Origin: Macrostomum lignano
Taxonomy: Eukaryota
Assembly: GCA_002269645.1 (NCBI GenBank)
Contig: NIVC01001427.1
Span: forward strand, 62,001 to 126,000
Reading direction: 5' to 3'
Length of the DNA stretch: 64,000 bases
Part shown: in pieces, positions 62,524 through 64,000 of the stretch
How the letters are laid out: the number at the start of each line of letters is the position of its first letter
Position numbering within the stretch: position 1 is the stretch's first letter
Position numbers and translations under genes: made by a program
The notes under the pieces: generated by a model
The model's database searches: none
What the model was told of the DNA's origin: nothing
The model's input: the letters and a program-made list of their open reading frames with translations, nothing else

Positions 62524-63646
62524 GGCAGGCAGACCCAGACAGACAGACAGACACAGACAGACAGACAGACAGACAGACAGTCGGACTCACTGACACCCGT
62601 CCCCATCCGCATCCCAGGGCTACATATCGCCCATGAAGCAGGAGCGGCAGCTGTTCTCAGAGGACACGGTGAACACGGTGTTCAGCAATCTCGAGAGCCT
62701 GTGCGAATTTCATCGCGGGCTCCTGCGCCGCCTTGAGCGGCACCAGCGCAGCCTGCGCGACTTTTCCCAGGTGTTCGTGGACAGCCTGGCCGGCTTCCAG
62801 CAGTACGGCGTCTACTGCATAAACTTCCCCAGGTGAGGCTCGGAGAGGAAGCAGAGAGGAAGGAGAAGAGAGGGGGTAGAAGAGGAATGGAGGGAGTGAG
62901 AGGAAGGGGATGAGAAAGGGAGAGGATGAGGGAGAAGAGGGAGAGGGAGGGGATGAGAGAGGAGAGAGGGGAAGAGGGATGAGAGGGAGGGGATGAGGGA
63001 GAGGAGGGAGGGGATGAGGGAGAGGAGGGAGGGGATGAGGGAGAGGAGGGAGGGGATGAGGGAGAGGAGGAAGGGGATGAGGGAGAGGAGGAAGGGGATG
63101 AGGGAGAGGAGGGAGGGGATGAGGAAGAGGAGGGAGGGGATGAGGGAGAGGAGGGAGGGGATGAGGGAGAGGAGGGAGGGGATGAGGGAGAGGAGGGAGG
63201 GGATGAGGGAGAGGAGGGAGGGGATGAGGGAGAGGAGGGAGGGGATGAGGGAGAGGAGGGAGGGGATGAGGGAGAGGAGGGAGGGGATGAGGGAGAGGAG
63301 GGAGGGGATGAGGGAGAGGAGGGAGGGGATGAGGGAGAGGAGGGAGGGGATGAGGGAGAGGAGGGAGGGGATGAGGGAGAGGAGGGAGGAGATGAGGGAG
63401 AGAAGGCAGAATGAAGAATGTGAAGCGGGAAACTGCAGTCCATGCGGACTCATTGACGATACCGCATCACTAAGTCTATCGCATCCCCCCTGCAGCTCCC
63501 TGGCCCACCTAGAGGAGGTTCAATCTCAGTCCGAGGCCAGGGCCTACCTGTCTGCCCGCCAGCAAGCCCTGGAGCTGTGCCTGCCTCTGCAGACCTACCT
63601 GCTGAAGCCAGTGCAGCGGATACTCAAATACCACCTGCTGCTCATG
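61309..63646 (+). CDS. Dbl-homology RhoGEF, PLEKHG1/2/3-like, partial (gene continues past the window)
   Basis: Exons about 61309-62051 (..[24 protein letters not shown]), 62618-62832 ([24 protein letters not shown]), 63496-63646 ([21 protein letters not shown]); GT-AG, in frame. The [15 protein letters not shown] motif is typical of the PLEKHG1-3 group. Confidence 0.9.
62065..62580. repeat. (CAGA)n microsatellite filling a RhoGEF intron
   Basis: CAGA/CAGG/CACAGA units. Confidence 0.97.
62860..63410. repeat. 21-bp purine minisatellite in a RhoGEF intron
   Basis: GAGGGAGAGGAGGGAGGGGAT tandem units. Confidence 0.96.
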
Positions 63647-63829
63647 GTGAGTCCTTGGATGCTTGCTTGCCGCTGCGCCAGTTCTCTTTGCTGTTTGCCA
63701 GCCCCTGGTAAACACGGGGCCGCGTGCCACTGGTTAAACTTTCCTTCGATGAACAACTGGCGATGTTTTCTAAACCAATTTGCCTTCAAATCTGCCCGCT
63801 CCGCCCCTTGTGGAAATCCGCCGCACTGA

Positions 63830-64000
63830 ATAGAATCCGCCCCTGTTCCGCCCCCTAACGGCTTGTATAAATCCGCCCCTGTTCTGCCCCTAACGGCCTG
63901 TATAAATCCGCCCCTGTTCTGCCCCTAAACGGCTTGTATAAATCCGCCCCTGTTCTGCCCCTAACGGCCTGTATAAATCCGCCCCTGTTCTGCCCCTAAC
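63830..64000. repeat. About 35-bp minisatellite, truncated by the window end
   Basis: GTATAAATCCGCCCCTGTTCTGCCCCTAACGGCCT units. Confidence 0.9.

Noticed and set aside
62021-63829. [15 protein letters not shown] and MRERREG ORFs
   Set aside because: Intronic simple repeats of the RhoGEF gene; only the in-frame DH exon inside the last ORF is real.

Overview
Eukaryotic (invertebrate animal) genomic DNA with short GT-AG introns, GC3-rich exons and many micro/minisatellites. This style resembles the flatworm Macrostomum, but the sequence cannot prove the species. The left half (1-38 kb) is gene-dense. It holds a tandem cluster of six 6-exon nicotinic-acetylcholine-receptor-like (Cys-loop) genes in mixed orientation: four intact (A, C, D, F), one with two frameshifts (E) and one decayed pseudogene (B), plus a probable orphan last exon. 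Their extracellular domains are strongly diverged and lack the canonical ACh-binding loop B Trp and loop C CC, yet the pore (M2) exon is almost nucleotide-identical in all copies, including the dead one. Also in this half are a WSC+PAN/Apple secreted-protein gene split by a solo LTR, two tandem genes that splice ankyrin-repeat blocks in frame to a C-terminal caspase domain (one intact 829 aa, one disrupted), and a Der p 7/TULIP-like ORF. The right half (38-64 kb) is mostly mobile elements (RTE LINE relic, long-TIR MITEs, a full-length dead mariner, hAT/P-type MITEs, a tRNA-derived SINE) and minisatellites, ending in the 5' part of a PLEKHG1/2/3-like RhoGEF. Most long ORFs in the supplied track beyond 41 kb are repeat artefacts. 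The two best candidate systems are the constant-pore/variable-sensor receptor array and the ankyrin-caspase pair. All exon models were read by eye; no database searches were run.
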